The notes under the pieces were generated by a model that was given only the letters and a program-made list of their open reading frames with translations, was not told where the DNA came from and searched no databases. Position numbers and translations under genes: made by a program. Shown piece by piece: positions 1 through 11,885 of a DNA stretch of 64,000 nucleotides. This DNA comes from Octopus vulgaris (Eukaryota). How positions within the stretch are numbered: the first letter of the stretch is position 1; each line of letters opens with the position of its first letter. The stretch spans positions 53,692,001 through 53,756,000 of the forward strand of contig OX597815.1 of NCBI GenBank assembly GCA_951406725.2, read 5' to 3'.

Positions 1-216
1 ATTTATTAATAATATGGTCCAATAGAAATAAATAAAAAAATTTAAGTCAATAAGTATTAAATAGTACCATCAGAGAGAGAAAAAATTATAATCATAGCTA
101 GTTAGATCTTATCTTTCTAGTTAAATATACTATGTAGGAGTGATATGTAAGTCAAAATGAATTTTATGCAAAATGATTCCAGTATACAGTTATCAATTGA
201 GATATGATTTAAAATA

Positions 217-660
217 TCATTTAAAATATTTAAGAGTCTTAACCCGAGCATGTATACAAGACTTTCCAAGTTCAATTCTGCTGTTTAATTGAATTTCTCC
301 ATTATTTCTATACATTATTATTTCAAATGCTTCCATGGAGCAAAGTTGGCAGTCTACTCTGCTATTTTTATAGGGTTTTGCTCTTCTGACTAATTCCCAA
401 TTAAGATTATATTTGATATTATTGTTTTTTAGTTCCCAAATTTTACTACAAAGAGTGGTGCTATCAGCCTTATGACGTAATTTAAAGGATGAGAGATGGT
501 TATTCAATCTCTGTTTAAAATTTACAGTGCATCCAACATAAGAGAACTTATTATTATCTGTGGTTACGGAGCACTTATAGATTATGTTAATTAACCCGCA
601 TAAATCAGGGGCCGGGCATTTTGATTTAATTCTGCAATTACATCTAGGGGCATTATAATT
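217..660 (-). pseudogene. PLE Cys-knuckle plus GIY-YIG endonuclease domain
   Basis: Read by hand upstream of ORF 217..507: CNCRIKSKCPAPDLCGLINIIYKCSVTTDNNKFSYVGCTVNFKQRLNNH, in frame with that ORF. Confidence 0.88.
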
Positions 661-1564
661 AGAGGTGGAATACCTTGAGGATAGAAGTCTTATATTACTG
701 TTGCTCGAAGCAGAGCGGGTAAATTTATCATGATTTTGATTATTGTTATTATCTAAAAAACTCTATCATTATTGTAGTTAATATTATTATCTAAAATAGT
801 ATTATCATTTATAGGTATTCTTACATTTTCATTTGGTTCTAAAGCCCTACTTTCATTATTATTATTATTGGTGCTGCTATCTAAAATAATGTTATCATTA
901 TTGCAGTTGATGTTATCTCCTAAAGTAGTATTATCATTTGTCGGTATTCCTACACTATCGTTTGGTTCTATAACTCTACTATCATTGCTGATATTGTTGA
1001 TGCTATTAGTATTGTTGTCGATATTGTTTTCCAGATGTGTAGTGTTGTTGCTGATATTGTTGTTACTCTCATTCACTGTACTTACATTCATGGTATTATT
1101 CCTATTACTAACATAATCATTCCTATTTATGTTATTATTGTTATTAACAATTCCATGGCTTTTGGTTATATTTATTTTATGACATTCATGCAATTATTAC
1201 TTTCCGTACTGTTATTACAATTTTCCGTTGTATTTTTATTTTTATTTATTAAATTATTTCTGGCTAGTTTTATGTTATTATCATTGATCTTAGCTATTAA
1301 AGTGGACATATTTGGGAGAGTTGAATAAGAAATTCTGACTGTTTTTTTAGAAATAATTTTATGATATCTATGAGAGGATGGGAAATTTTTTTCTAGAATT
1401 GTTTTGAATCTACCCTGAATATCTGATGAAACCGCACAGTTAAAAGGGATGTTTAGCCATATTATGTCTTTCTTATTAAATTTCTTAGAATTAGAGTTAG
1501 GGCTGCTAGAATTTTTCCCACTAGAGTTAGGGTTATTAGAATTAATCGTACCATCATCAGATTC

Positions 1565-2935
1565 TTATTTATTAATGTTCCTGTTAGCATGTTTGCTAGT
1601 TTTATCCAAGTTTATTTTACCCTTATTATAAGTATTCTCTGTTATGTTTTTATTAATATTCTTAATATCATTAGGGTACTTTGCCGTTGTAAATCTATTT
1701 CTACTATCCTTTCTGGTATGGTCATTATTGTTGTCTACGTTACTAATAGTGTGTTTCTTAATTTTAATTTTATTTAAGGTTGCCTTATCAGGGCTATCTG
1801 TGTTATGGTCTATGTATTTATCCTTATACTTATCATTACGATTAGATGTTGCATTAGATCCACATCTATGTATCTTTTCGACTTGATCATTTTTGTTGTT
1901 TATGTGGTTATTGCTGTTTAATTTACTTAAATTATTATGATGAGTTCCTAGGTTTTCCGTATCTTCAAATGTAATTTTCTGGTTATATCCTGCTCTAGAT
2001 AACACCTCATTGTAATGTCCTGAGTGTGAGTTAAATATATTAAAATTAGATGATAATTTGGATATTCTTATGGAAATATTTCTAACTAAGGAATTTATTA
2101 TATTTGGGGGATGATTAGATAATTTATTTACGTAACAAGTGATTTCACCTTCCTTTCTAAATGGATAATGTAGTTTGGAGTTAAGGTCTAAAGTAATATC
2201 TAGAAAATTAGCTATTTTAATGTTTGGTTCGTAGGTTATGCTAAGGTTGAAATCTTTAAAGAACCTATTAATCTTCTTTTTAATTCTTTCTATGTGTGAT
2301 TTATTATTGGTATTTACAACAAACAAAGCATCATCTCTATATAGACCACCTTGCAATTCAGGGATCTCTTTATTAATGCATTTCAGTAGATATGCTCCTA
2401 CTAAATTGGTTACCTCAGCCGAATCACTTGAGCCCATAGGAATATCGAAAAAGTTAGGGGTATCAGCTCTAGTCCATAATTTTCCCTCAAACTCAATAAA
2501 TGTTTTTCTAGCTAAAAGTATAATGTCTATTTCTTCTCTAGATATGATGGAGCGATTCATCGCGAATATAAGCGATTTATTTAATAGGATAGGGGAAATG
2601 CTAGAGTAGTAGTTATTTATATCGAATTGAATGAAGGCTAAATTATTCGTATTAGTTAGGGAATTAAACCATTTAAGGACCTCATCGGTATTTATCCACA
2701 GGCTTAAGGGAAGAAGTGGAGTTATTTGGGGTAAGATATTATCTAGGATATATTTACTAAGTCGGCCAATATCCGACTTAGTTGGACAAATAAGTCTTAC
2801 CGACGGGTTTTCCAGGAAATTCTTTTTATGGTCCTTAAGATTAATCGTAGGTTCGCATGGTACAATTGGTTCAGTTCTGTCTGCTAGATCATATTTTTCC
2901 ATAATAGCTTTCATTTCTAAGTTAGTTTCCTTCAA
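1565..2935 (-). pseudogene. PLE reverse transcriptase domain (longest open segment)
   Basis: 456-aa ORF with FIQFDINNYYSSI, IPMGSSDSAE, LYRDDAL, NFLDITLDL and SNHPP motifs. Confidence 0.9.
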
Positions 2936-3193
2936 TTTTCCTTTGGTAGTAGTTTTGTATTTGGAGTTAAGCTCCTTGTTAATTAGATTGCTGTAGAGTG
3001 AATAGTCTACTCTCTAAAAATTGCCCGTTTTGTCAGCTGGTACTAATATTCCTTTCTTGTTTCGAGTCGATTTTATAAATTTACTGAGATGCTTGAGGTG
3101 GTGATTATATCTTAACGGGTGATCCTTGAATTTAATTCTTTCTATGAGGTTGAGTAGGTCTTTTTCAAAATTATCAAGGAGTGGATATATATA

Positions 3194-3314
<121 letters not shown>

Positions 3315-3329
3315 ATTATTATTATTATT

Positions 3330-3810
3330 ATGACTGCCACCTCGTTATCGAGTATGGCCATTGCAAGAAGCTTAACTGTTACTGGCACTGTGATCGAACG
3401 TGACTTTTTAGCCCAGCTAAAGATCTATAATGTCTTGTAGAGAATTGGCAACTAAAACTTTTACCAGTAATAGCCGGCTGTAGTTGTAACTGGGCTTCAT
3501 GTACCTTTCCATGTCGTTTAAGTCCTCCTGCCGAATTACACTCTCTTCCACATGCCCGACAGATATGATTAGTATGGTGTGTTACACCACCACCAGTGGC
3601 CAGGTTGTCACTCATCTGTCTCGTTTTATGACTACGAAGCTGACTCTTGAGTCAAGTTTTACTGAGGCAGGGTCTTACACAGACACTGCATGTCAGCATC
3701 ATAGGAAGACCCTTCCCATCTGGAAGTGTAACAGCGATGCCCTTCCTGACATCCCTCCTTCCTTTCTCATGTGCCACTCGAGATTTCTCAAAAGTGGCTG
3801 TCCGCTCGTG
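3330..3810 (-). mobile_element. 3' end of RTE-like LINE with C2H2 zinc fingers and (TAA)n tail
   Basis: CSVCVRPCLSK, CRACGRECNSAGGLKRHGKVH and CQF...SLAGLKSHVRS, then a short 3'UTR and TAA repeats. Confidence 0.7.
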
Positions 3811-5230
3811 ACCCCAATGCAGTTCCCTGAGGCACTCCACTTCCTATTAATGCCTCCGTGGAGAGGGCTATGTTGGCTGCTACAGCCTGGCTTCTGTCTT
3901 TTAAGAAGTCATGCAACCGTTCTCCAATTTTCCCAGTTATGCCGAGTCCTAGTAGTTTGCGATATATCATCCCATGATCAACTTTATCAAAGGCCTTTGC
4001 ATAATCATTAATTGTTTCAACACCCAGTTATAGTGTTGCAAAAGCTGTGTAAAGCAGATCTGCTCGAACGAAAGCTCTGTTGGGTGTCAGGAAACAAGTC
4101 ATTATCTTCAAGGAATGCAATGACTTTGCTGACATGGGAAGTTAGAGAAACAGGTCTGGTCTGCTATGTCTCTTATGGATAGGATATATAATGCTTTCCT
4201 TTAACTTTTTGGGAAGTTTCCCTGTTGTGAGGAAGCTCTGAAAGAGAATCTGAAGTGGTCTAGCTAGATTCCCTTTGCATTTGTTTAGGAGGATTGTTGG
4301 GAATCAATCAGGAACTGTTGCTGAGTTTGAACTAATCTCATCAATGGCTGATATCACATCTGTTTTCTCTATGGTGATGCTGTCAATAATTGTTGTGTAG
4401 ATTTGTGGAGCCAACGAACTTTTCAGGCATAGCTACTTGCAAGTGTCCAAGTGGAGTTGTGAAAGCACTCTTGTATTGCAAATTCAATATTTCACTAATC
4501 CCCTGGGGTCTGCAGTCGGTGAGCTATTTTCTTCAAGTAGTGGCCCTATTTTGTACCGAACTAAAGCAGCTTCTTTTGCATAACTATGGAAGTCTTTAGG
4601 GTTTGTCTTAATATTTTTGACAGCCCTGGACTTCTTTTCTGCCCTCTCCTTTTCATGGGAGCGTTTGAGTTCATTTTCGATCACAAGCAATGTTCGTTTG
4701 AGGTAGGATTGTTTGTTATTCTTCAGTGGGCCATTTAGACGTTTTGAGATTTTTGCTCGTCGTCTCATTAGAATCCTCCTATCCCTTGGTATTATATATT
4801 TCTGCTGGCTTAGCGTTCTCTCTAGAGCAAACTTACTGCAGATGTCATGCATGATTGTCGTAAAGTATCGTAGCTTTATGTCAATGTCTTCTGTAGCGAG
4901 ATTGACAAACCAGTTATGTTCCATGACCTCTTTCTCCATACCATTTCAATCATCTTTGTGAAAGTTCAGGCTGGAGAGGAGTTAGGTGTTCTAGTAGCCT
5001 GCATATCTGTAGTCTTCTGCGGACAATACATTGCTAGTTCTATTAAGTTATGATCCGAGAAAATCGTCGGTGTCACCCCAACATTATGGATGAGCGCCGT
5101 TTTGTTGTGAAACAGAGGTCCAGGACATTTTCCCCTTGTTGAGTGGAGCATTATTTGCTCCATAAAGATCATGTTAGTGAGGTCAAGCAGAGATTCTGCA
5201 TACCTCGTGTCATGCAGTGACATACCTGAG
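3811..5230 (-). mobile_element. CR1/L2-type LINE ORF2 fragment (end of APE endonuclease, linker, start of RT), frameshifted
   Basis: FSDHNLI (APE end), IKTNPKDFHSYAK, and KLLGLGITGKIGERLHDFLKDRSQAV...SGVPQGTALG. Confidence 0.85.
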
Positions 5231-5399
5231 AGGATGTGTGTGTGTGTGTGTGTGTCTAAAAATGTTGAATTTGATTCGTCCTCTAATTTGGACTTTTCCC
5301 CAAAATGCTTTCTAACATAGATTCTTAATATTTTTCTGGTAACTTAAATATTTGTATATGGTGTGTTGTGAATTTATGGAAAGAAATTCTATGAAATAC

Positions 5400-5593
5400 A
5401 GGTACAACAAAAACAGGAAGAATGAGTGTGAGAAAGTTGTGGGGAAAGAGTACAGCAGGGTTCCCCACCAACACCTGCCGGAGCTTTAAGTGTTTTCGCT
5501 CAATAAACACTCACAACGCCCGATCAGGGAATCGAAACCGCTATCCTATGACCGCGAGTCCGCTACCCTAACCACTGAGCCATTGCGCCTTCA
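5400..5593 (-). mobile_element. tRNA-derived SINE
   Basis: Minus strand shows A-box TGGCTCAGTGG and B-box GGTTTCGATTCC, followed by a non-tRNA body. Confidence 0.75.
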
Positions 5594-6184
5594 CTAGAGG
5601 TAGTATTGATACTGTAGGGTATTACTTATCCCCACTTAAACGTGGATGTTCTGTTGGAACAAACTATACTGCAGTTGACACCTTGATGGAAACTCTCATA
5701 TTCTGTTTGGTACAAAATTCACTCTTGGTTATATCGTTTTATTGGAGTGACTGGGCTTCCTTTGTTTAAATACCATCCAAGTCAACATTATTTCAGCTCA
5801 GGTGCATAGATGAAATAAATATCAAATATTGGTGTAATTCAGCATCTAATTTCTCCCAGTAGAGCAGACCTATGATCAAAAGTTACAACACCGATGGTTT
5901 AGTCTCTTTTGCAGATATTGTTTTCAGGACTTTATTGTGTCATTCTTCTATTGTGCTCGCGCACGCGCGTACGCATTGTTTCTGTATGAAGTAAAGAAGT
6001 GCGCGGGAAAGTTTGTGTGAGTGAGAATTAGTTAGAAGAGAGAGTGAGGGGCTAGTAGAACTGCTAGAGAGGAAAGCAGGGGGAGATATACGCATAAGTA
6101 TCTCTATTTCTACATACAATGGAATAATGCAATACCGTAAAGACTTCCCTTCCCTACTACATTAAATCAAGAGACATGTTTATA

Positions 6185-6230
<46 letters not shown>

Positions 6231-7239
6231 TCGCACACATACACACCCACGCACACACACGTACATACACTCACTTATATACACACATATATGCATGTGT
6301 ACATAGAAATATGCACCAATATGCACATTCTTACGTAGATTGGTGTGTATATGTATCTGTGAAGAGAGAGAGAGAGAGAGAGAGAAAGAGACAGACAAAC
6401 TGGCAGAGAAGGAAAGACAGAGTGAGAGAGAATGAGTGAGAGAAAGAGTGAGAAAGAGAATGGGAAAGAAGGAGGGTAACGTGACGGCGAGGGAGACAGA
6501 TTGACGTACATAGACACAGAACAAAAGCAAGAGAAATGTACTCTAGTTATTTAGTGAAAGCTGAAATAAGTGTCGCTTTTTTTCCATTTATGACGCCACT
6601 GAGTGAAATACTTAAACGTCTCCATTGAAGGCCACACGAAAGAGACTTAGTTGGTTCCATTAAGAATATTATGAACTGACAGCTGTTGAATTCTAGTGAT
6701 GATATTGTAAATATATTTTCTGATCAACTTTTAATGTTGACTTTATAATATCCTAGAGATAACTAATTTCTTTTAAATCCATTTGTGAGAAAGGTTTAGG
6801 CATATGGCTTCTACATTTTTATTTGTCGATCGATGTACATTAAAAATCGGCTGTTGCTATTGATGGCACATTCTTCAGCTCACCTCATTCTTTCTCTCCT
6901 TCTTTCTTCTTTGTTCCTTCTTTATATTCATTTTTCCCTCATTTATTTGTGACTTTTGTCTGTAGATTTGAGGAAATTGCAACAGGGTTATGTGTCACCA
7001 TGTGCTCCTGTCCGCAATCCACTTGGCTTCGATTCCCAGTTTGATAGATTTAAAACTGAAATTCTCCCATTTACTCTTTGCTGTGAAACTCCAGCTATAT
7101 GGTGCAATAAGGAACTGTGTAGTTGTTGATAACATGCACATGGTAATTCATTTTTAGAATCATTAGCCGTCTTTTTGTAGCACTTCTACTAGCCCCTCAC
7201 TCTCTTTCCTTCTACCTCACTCTTCTGACTAACTGTAGG

Positions 7240-7458
7240 GAGCATAGGACCGGTTTTCTGGTTTCTCTGGCGTACATATTTCTCCCTGGAAGGGACGCCG
7301 GTCCGTCTCAGGATTACTCATTTTACCAGTTAAGTGGGCTGGAAAAACGGGAAATAAAGTGATTTGCTCAAGGGCACAACGCATCGCCCGTTCTAAGAAT
7401 CGAAAATACAATGTTACATGAATCCAACACCCTATGCAATAAGCCATGCGCCTCCACC
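7240..7458 (-). mobile_element. Degenerate tRNA-derived SINE
   Basis: GGCGCATGGCT head, then GTTGTGCCCTTGAGCAAATCACTT central motif; resembles the 5400-5593 copy. Confidence 0.55.
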
Positions 7459-7750
7459 ATTTTAGAATAATGTTAAGATAATTACTAGCACAAATACCAA
7501 CTAACATTGCAATTGCTAATAGCCATCTCACAAAACCCATATTTGTCCTTATAAAGGGTAGTGAAGTATCAGACAAAATGCTTTGCAGTATTTGTTACGG
7601 ATCTTTGCGTTCTGAGTTCAAATCCCTTCGAGAGAAACTCTGACTCTCAGATCACTAAAAATAAAGCAATAGTCAAATATTACTGTCAATGATATTGACT
7701 AACCCACCTCCCCTCAGCATTGCTAGTTAAGAACTAAAATAATAATAATG

Positions 7751-7807
<57 letters not shown>

Positions 7808-7809
7808 TA

Positions 7810-8437
7810 ATGGTGAAACCGTATGGCATATTACCAGTCAATGTACGCCACTAGCCCAGAAAGAATATAATAGACGTCCTGACAATATAGCAAGGATTGT
7901 CCATTGGACAGTGCAACAAGTATGGATTTGACAGAGTAAAAATGTGGTACAAACATAAACCCGAAGGCATCGTCGAAAATGATAATGCAAAGATCCTATG
8001 AGATTTTATGGTTTAGTGAGACCGATGAGATAGAGAATAGGAAACCAGACATAGTACTAATTGAGAAAGAAAGGAAACGATGGTGGATCATAGATATAGC
8101 ATGCCCAACTGACAACAAGTTATGCGATAAGGAAGAAAGAAAAGTCGATAGATATCACAGGTTAGCTTGGGAGATTAAAGAGTTGTGGTCGATGAAAAAG
8201 GTGGTAGTAGTACCGATAATTGTCGAAGCCCGGGGAACAGTGAGTAAAAATCTTAAGAAGTACATGGAACAAATAGGGGCTGCAAATAAGGGTGGAGCAT
8301 TTGCAGAAAACAGTACTGTTTGGAACCGCTCGAATACTCCGGATGGTGCTCAAAAAATAAGGAGTGTTACCTTAGTCCACTGGTAGTGAACAGCTGGCAC
8401 CGTTGTACATCTCCGGCGTTAGAAGCTGCGCAAAAAC
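7810..8437 (+). mobile_element. R4/Dong-type non-LTR retrotransposon 3' fragment (CCHC knuckle, REL endonuclease, 3'UTR)
   Basis: ETV.HITSQC.PLAQKEY and RKPDIVLIEKERKRWWIIDIACP (PD..D), VVVVPIIV.A.GTV; (TAA)n on both sides. Confidence 0.85.
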
Positions 8438-8450
8438 AATAATAATAATA

Positions 8451-8488
<38 letters not shown>

Positions 8489-8589
8489 AGTAGTATAATA
8501 ACAAGAGCACTCACAGAGTGTTGCCTTGGCGGAGGTTTGCTCACATAGCGCAAACCTCCGCCGAGGCAACACCAACGTCCTTATTTCTT

Positions 8590-9630
8590 TAATTAGGCAC
8601 AAGGCCTCAATTGAGAAGGGACAACACAAAAACAGACAAAACAAATTCGTACCGCTCTTCTTCTCATGTACGTTGGGAAGAGGGAGATTTCCTCGGTGCA
8701 ACGCGTGGTCACAGAGCTCTGTATCACCTGCCCCTCGATCTTAAAAGGGACCTCTACTCCGCCGTACTGCCTCGCTTTCGCAATGTGGTGCATGTCCTGG
8801 CATATGTCTTTCAAGGCTTTTTCCATATGGTCGCGTTTAGCGTTTTTGAGTTAACTTGTTTTTGTGTTCACGCACCTGTAGACAACTGTCTGTTTGGCTG
8901 TTACTTCACGCACGTCACTTGGAGGCGTCAATTCTGTCCTCCATCCATTCATTTTCATATATTTTGCTACCTTGTTTAGTTTTTCTATTTTGTTCTTCAA
9001 TGAGATGTTAACCAATTCCTTAGCTGCCGCGATATTTGCAAAATCTCTTTCCCGCTGCTTACCGCATTTTTGTTAGATACTTCGTAATTGTTGTCAATAT
9101 TATTCTTCGGGCTACTACAATTTCCATGTAGTGAAGAAGATTTTATTTCCTTCTCCCTCGCCTTCTTTCTGCTTTTCATCTTCTGTCGTTGTCTTCTTCT
9201 TCTTCTTCTTCTTCTTCTTCTTCTTCTTCTTCTTCTTCTTCTTCTTCTTCTTCTTCTTCTTCTTCTTCTTCTTCTTCTTCTTCTTCTTCTTCTCCCTTGT
9301 TTTCTTCCTGCTGTCTACTGTCAATCATGATGGAGAGGACGGGGAAGTCCACGTGCAAATTGCCGTACCATCTTCCTTCCTCACTCCCGCTTTTCGTCGC
9401 CATCTTCAATGTTTACTTTCTTCGAAGCAAATTTTCGAAGGAATTTGAAAACAAAAAGGTTTGTATCACCCCCGAAATGGGGTTTTGGTTAACAAACGTC
9501 AGCACCCCGCCTCCGAAGTGCAGCTGGCTTGCAAAACGATTTAAACAACAAAATACTATATAGAACCTTTTAAAAAAAGTGAATTAGTTATAAACTTACA
9601 GCACACCCAAAACACGCCTCCAGCTATGGC
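8590..9630 (-). mobile_element. Probable 5'UTR and ORF1-like fragment of an unclassified retroelement containing a (GAA)n poly-Glu tract
   Basis: ATG near 9403 (MATKSGSEEG...) then broken coding-like segments to ~8590; bounded by (TAA)n; no diagnostic domain seen. Confidence 0.35.
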
Positions 9631-9633
9631 GAC

Positions 9634-9692
<59 letters not shown>

Positions 9693-9700
9693 TAATAATA

Positions 9701-9930
9701 ATGCCCTGATGCAGTACCAGGCAGTGGCAATGCCCTGATGCAGTACCAGGCAGTGGCTATGCCCTGATGCAGTACCAGGCAGTGGCTATGCCCTGATGCA
9801 GTACCAGGCAGTGGCTATGCCCTGATGCAGTACCAGGCAGTGGCTATGCCCTGATGCAGTACCAGGCAGTGGATGCCCTGATGCAGTACCAGGCAGTGGC
9901 TATGCCCTGATGCAGTACCAGGCAGTGGCT
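9701..9930 (+). repeat. Tandem array of 8 x ~29 bp (ATGCCCTGATGCAGTACCAGGCAGTGGCT)
   Basis: Units start at 9701, 9730, 9759, 9788, 9817, 9846 (27 bp), 9873 and 9902; no spacers. Confidence 0.97.
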
Positions 9931-10456
9931 CTCATGGCTTCTGATCTTAACTGATTGGAAGTGTTATCATGTACATTGTTTTGTCTTGGTATAAAAGATG
10001 GGCTACAGCAAATATTCTGCTCAATACCACAGATTTGCTTGTCAGTTGTTTGACCTTAACCAGTTGAGCATGTCCCTTAGTGGCTGACGATATGTGCATC
10101 TCTGATCACGAGCAGAAGTAGTGGGGGAGCATCATAGCCATGTGTTGAGAGGGATGCTTTGGGGTTTGAATAGTTCACCTCTGGAAACATGGGTGGTTCT
10201 TTCAACATCCTTAAACAACCCTTATTCGGGGACCGTTTGAGCGGGATGGGCTACTCAACCTGAAGACAATTCAAACTGGGCCCCACCTGCAAGGTCATGT
10301 GCTGTTTATCTTGATATGAGATCACCATGTCGCGCACATATGGTTGTGATGCATGTGCCTGGTGTACTTTATCAGACGGGTAGTCATGATGGGTATATTG
10401 GGCTTCGTATATTTTACCCCAGTGTCACTTTGATGGCATGAACTGCTCTCTCACTC

Positions 10457-10457
<1 letters not shown>
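9902..10457 (+). mobile_element. ~560-bp non-coding interspersed element flanked by (TAA)n, full-length copy
   Basis: Related copies at 10780-10860, 10938-11467, 12724-13193 (minus) and 36232-36482. Confidence 0.9.
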
Positions 10458-10494
<37 letters not shown>

Positions 10495-10495
<1 letters not shown>

Positions 10496-10712
10496 CATCC
10501 TTTCTACTGTAGGCACAATGCCTAAAATTTGGAGGAAGGGAATAATCGATTACATCGACCTCAGTGCGTAACTGGTACTTAATTTATCGACTCCGAAAGA
10601 ATGAAAAGCAAAGTCGACCACAGCGGAATTTGAACTCAGAACATAAGGACAGACGAAATAATGCTAAGCATTTCGCCCGGCGTGCTAACGATTCTGCCAG
10701 CTCACCGCCTTA
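10495..10712 (-). mobile_element. tRNA-derived SINE family A
   Basis: Head GGCGGTGAGCTGGCAGAATCG, B-box GAGTTCAAATTC, core GTCGACTTTGCTTTTCATTCTTTCGGAGTCGATAAATTAAGTACCAG. Confidence 0.85.
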
Positions 10713-10714
10713 AA

Positions 10715-10779
<65 letters not shown>

Positions 10780-10781
<2 letters not shown>

Positions 10782-10860
10782 GCCCTGATGCAGTACCAGG
10801 CAGTGGCTTCGTATATTTTACCCCAGTGTCACTTTGATGGCATGAACTGCTCTCTCACTC
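10780..10860 (+). mobile_element. Internally deleted mini-copy of the 560-bp element
   Basis: First 29 nt joined at GGCT to the last ~55 nt; (TAA)n on both sides. Confidence 0.9.
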
Positions 10861-10907
<47 letters not shown>

Positions 10908-10937
10908 TTATAATAATGATAATGATAATTAGTGTCG

Positions 10938-11467
10938 CGATGCAGTACTAGGCAGTGGCTCTCATGGCTTCTGATCTTAACTGATTGGAAGACATTGTTT
11001 TGTCTTGGTATAAAAGATGGGCTACAGCGAATATTCTACTCAACATCACAGATTTGCTTGTCAGCTGGTTGGCCTTAACCAGTTGACCATGTCCTTTAGT
11101 GGTTGACGATATGTGCATCTCTGATGACGAGCAGAAGTAGGGGGGGGGCATCATAGCCATGTGTTGAGAGGGATTCTTTGGGATTTGAATAATTCATCTA
11201 TGGAAACATGGGTGGTTTGTTCAACATCCTTAAACAGCCCTTATTCAGGGATCTTTTGAGCGAGATGGGTTACTCGATCAGAAGAAAATTCTAACTGGGC
11301 CCTACCTGCAAGGTCATGTGCTATTTGTCTTGATTGGAGATCCCCATGTCACGTAGATATGGTTGTGAGTAGTCATGAGTAATCAGACGAGTAGTCATGA
11401 TGGGTATATTGGGCTTCGTATATTTTACCCCAGTGTCACTTTGATGGCATGTACTGCTCTCTCACTC
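10938..11467 (+). mobile_element. 560-bp element, more diverged copy
   Basis: Colinear with 9902-10457, with small deletions. Confidence 0.9.
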
Positions 11468-11514
11468 AATGATAATTATAATAATAATAGTAAAAATAAT
11501 AATAATAATCCAAA

Positions 11515-11885
11515 AGGACTAGAATTCGTGGGAAGGGTGACAATCGATCAACACGACCCCAGTATTTGACTGGTACTTAATGCGTCGAATCCAAAAGGAT
11601 GAAAAGCAAAGTCAACCTCAGTGAAATTTGAACACACAACGTAACGGCAAACGAATTACCTATTTCTTTACTACCCACAGGGGGCTAAACACAGAGAGGA
11701 CAAACAAAGACAGACAAATGGATTAAGTCGATTATATCGACTCCAGTGCGTAACTGGCACTTATTTAATCGACCCCGAAAGGATGAAAGGCAAAGTCGAC
11801 CTCGGCGTAATTTGAACTCAGAACGTAACGGCAGACGAAATACCAATTACTTTACTATCCACAAGGGGCTAAACACAGAGAGGAC
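11515..11885 (-). mobile_element. Tandem partial SINE-A copies
   Basis: The same core occurs twice, and the tail segment is repeated. Confidence 0.8.

Larger units (their letters stand above)
217..3183 (-). mobile_element. Penelope-like retroelement (RT + C-terminal GIY-YIG), probably Naiad-type; 5'-truncated at a (TA)n tract, ORF disrupted
   Basis: Domains in order: PADKTGN motif (~3020-3040); RT with LKDHK..F...P.VRLI.P.KSDIG, FDI, PMGS and YRDD; linker IIWLNIPF...RISYSTLPN; CNCR..KCP...C knuckle; IIYK...YVG (GIY-YIG); CQLC..E..LNSR.EL..C.H. Lesions: TAG 3014-3016, TAA 1565-1567, frameshifts near 1200 and 755. Confidence 0.92.

Noticed and set aside
868-2996. Plus-strand hydrophobic ORFs
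   Set aside because: Antisense shadows of the PLE coding frame.
1-3183. Selenoprotein recoding (Sec/SECIS) as reported for some Naiad PLEs
   Set aside because: Internal stops are TAG/TAA, conserved Cys use TGT/TGC, the only TGA noted is the terminal stop, and the visible 3'UTR ATGA..TGA motif has no pairing stem. The rest of the 3'UTR is outside the window.
5500-5593. tRNA gene
   Set aside because: A and B boxes are present but there is no complete cloverleaf, and it continues into a SINE body.
9701-9930. CRISPR-like array of 29-bp repeats
   Set aside because: Units are directly adjacent with no spacers, there are no cas genes, and the context is eukaryotic.
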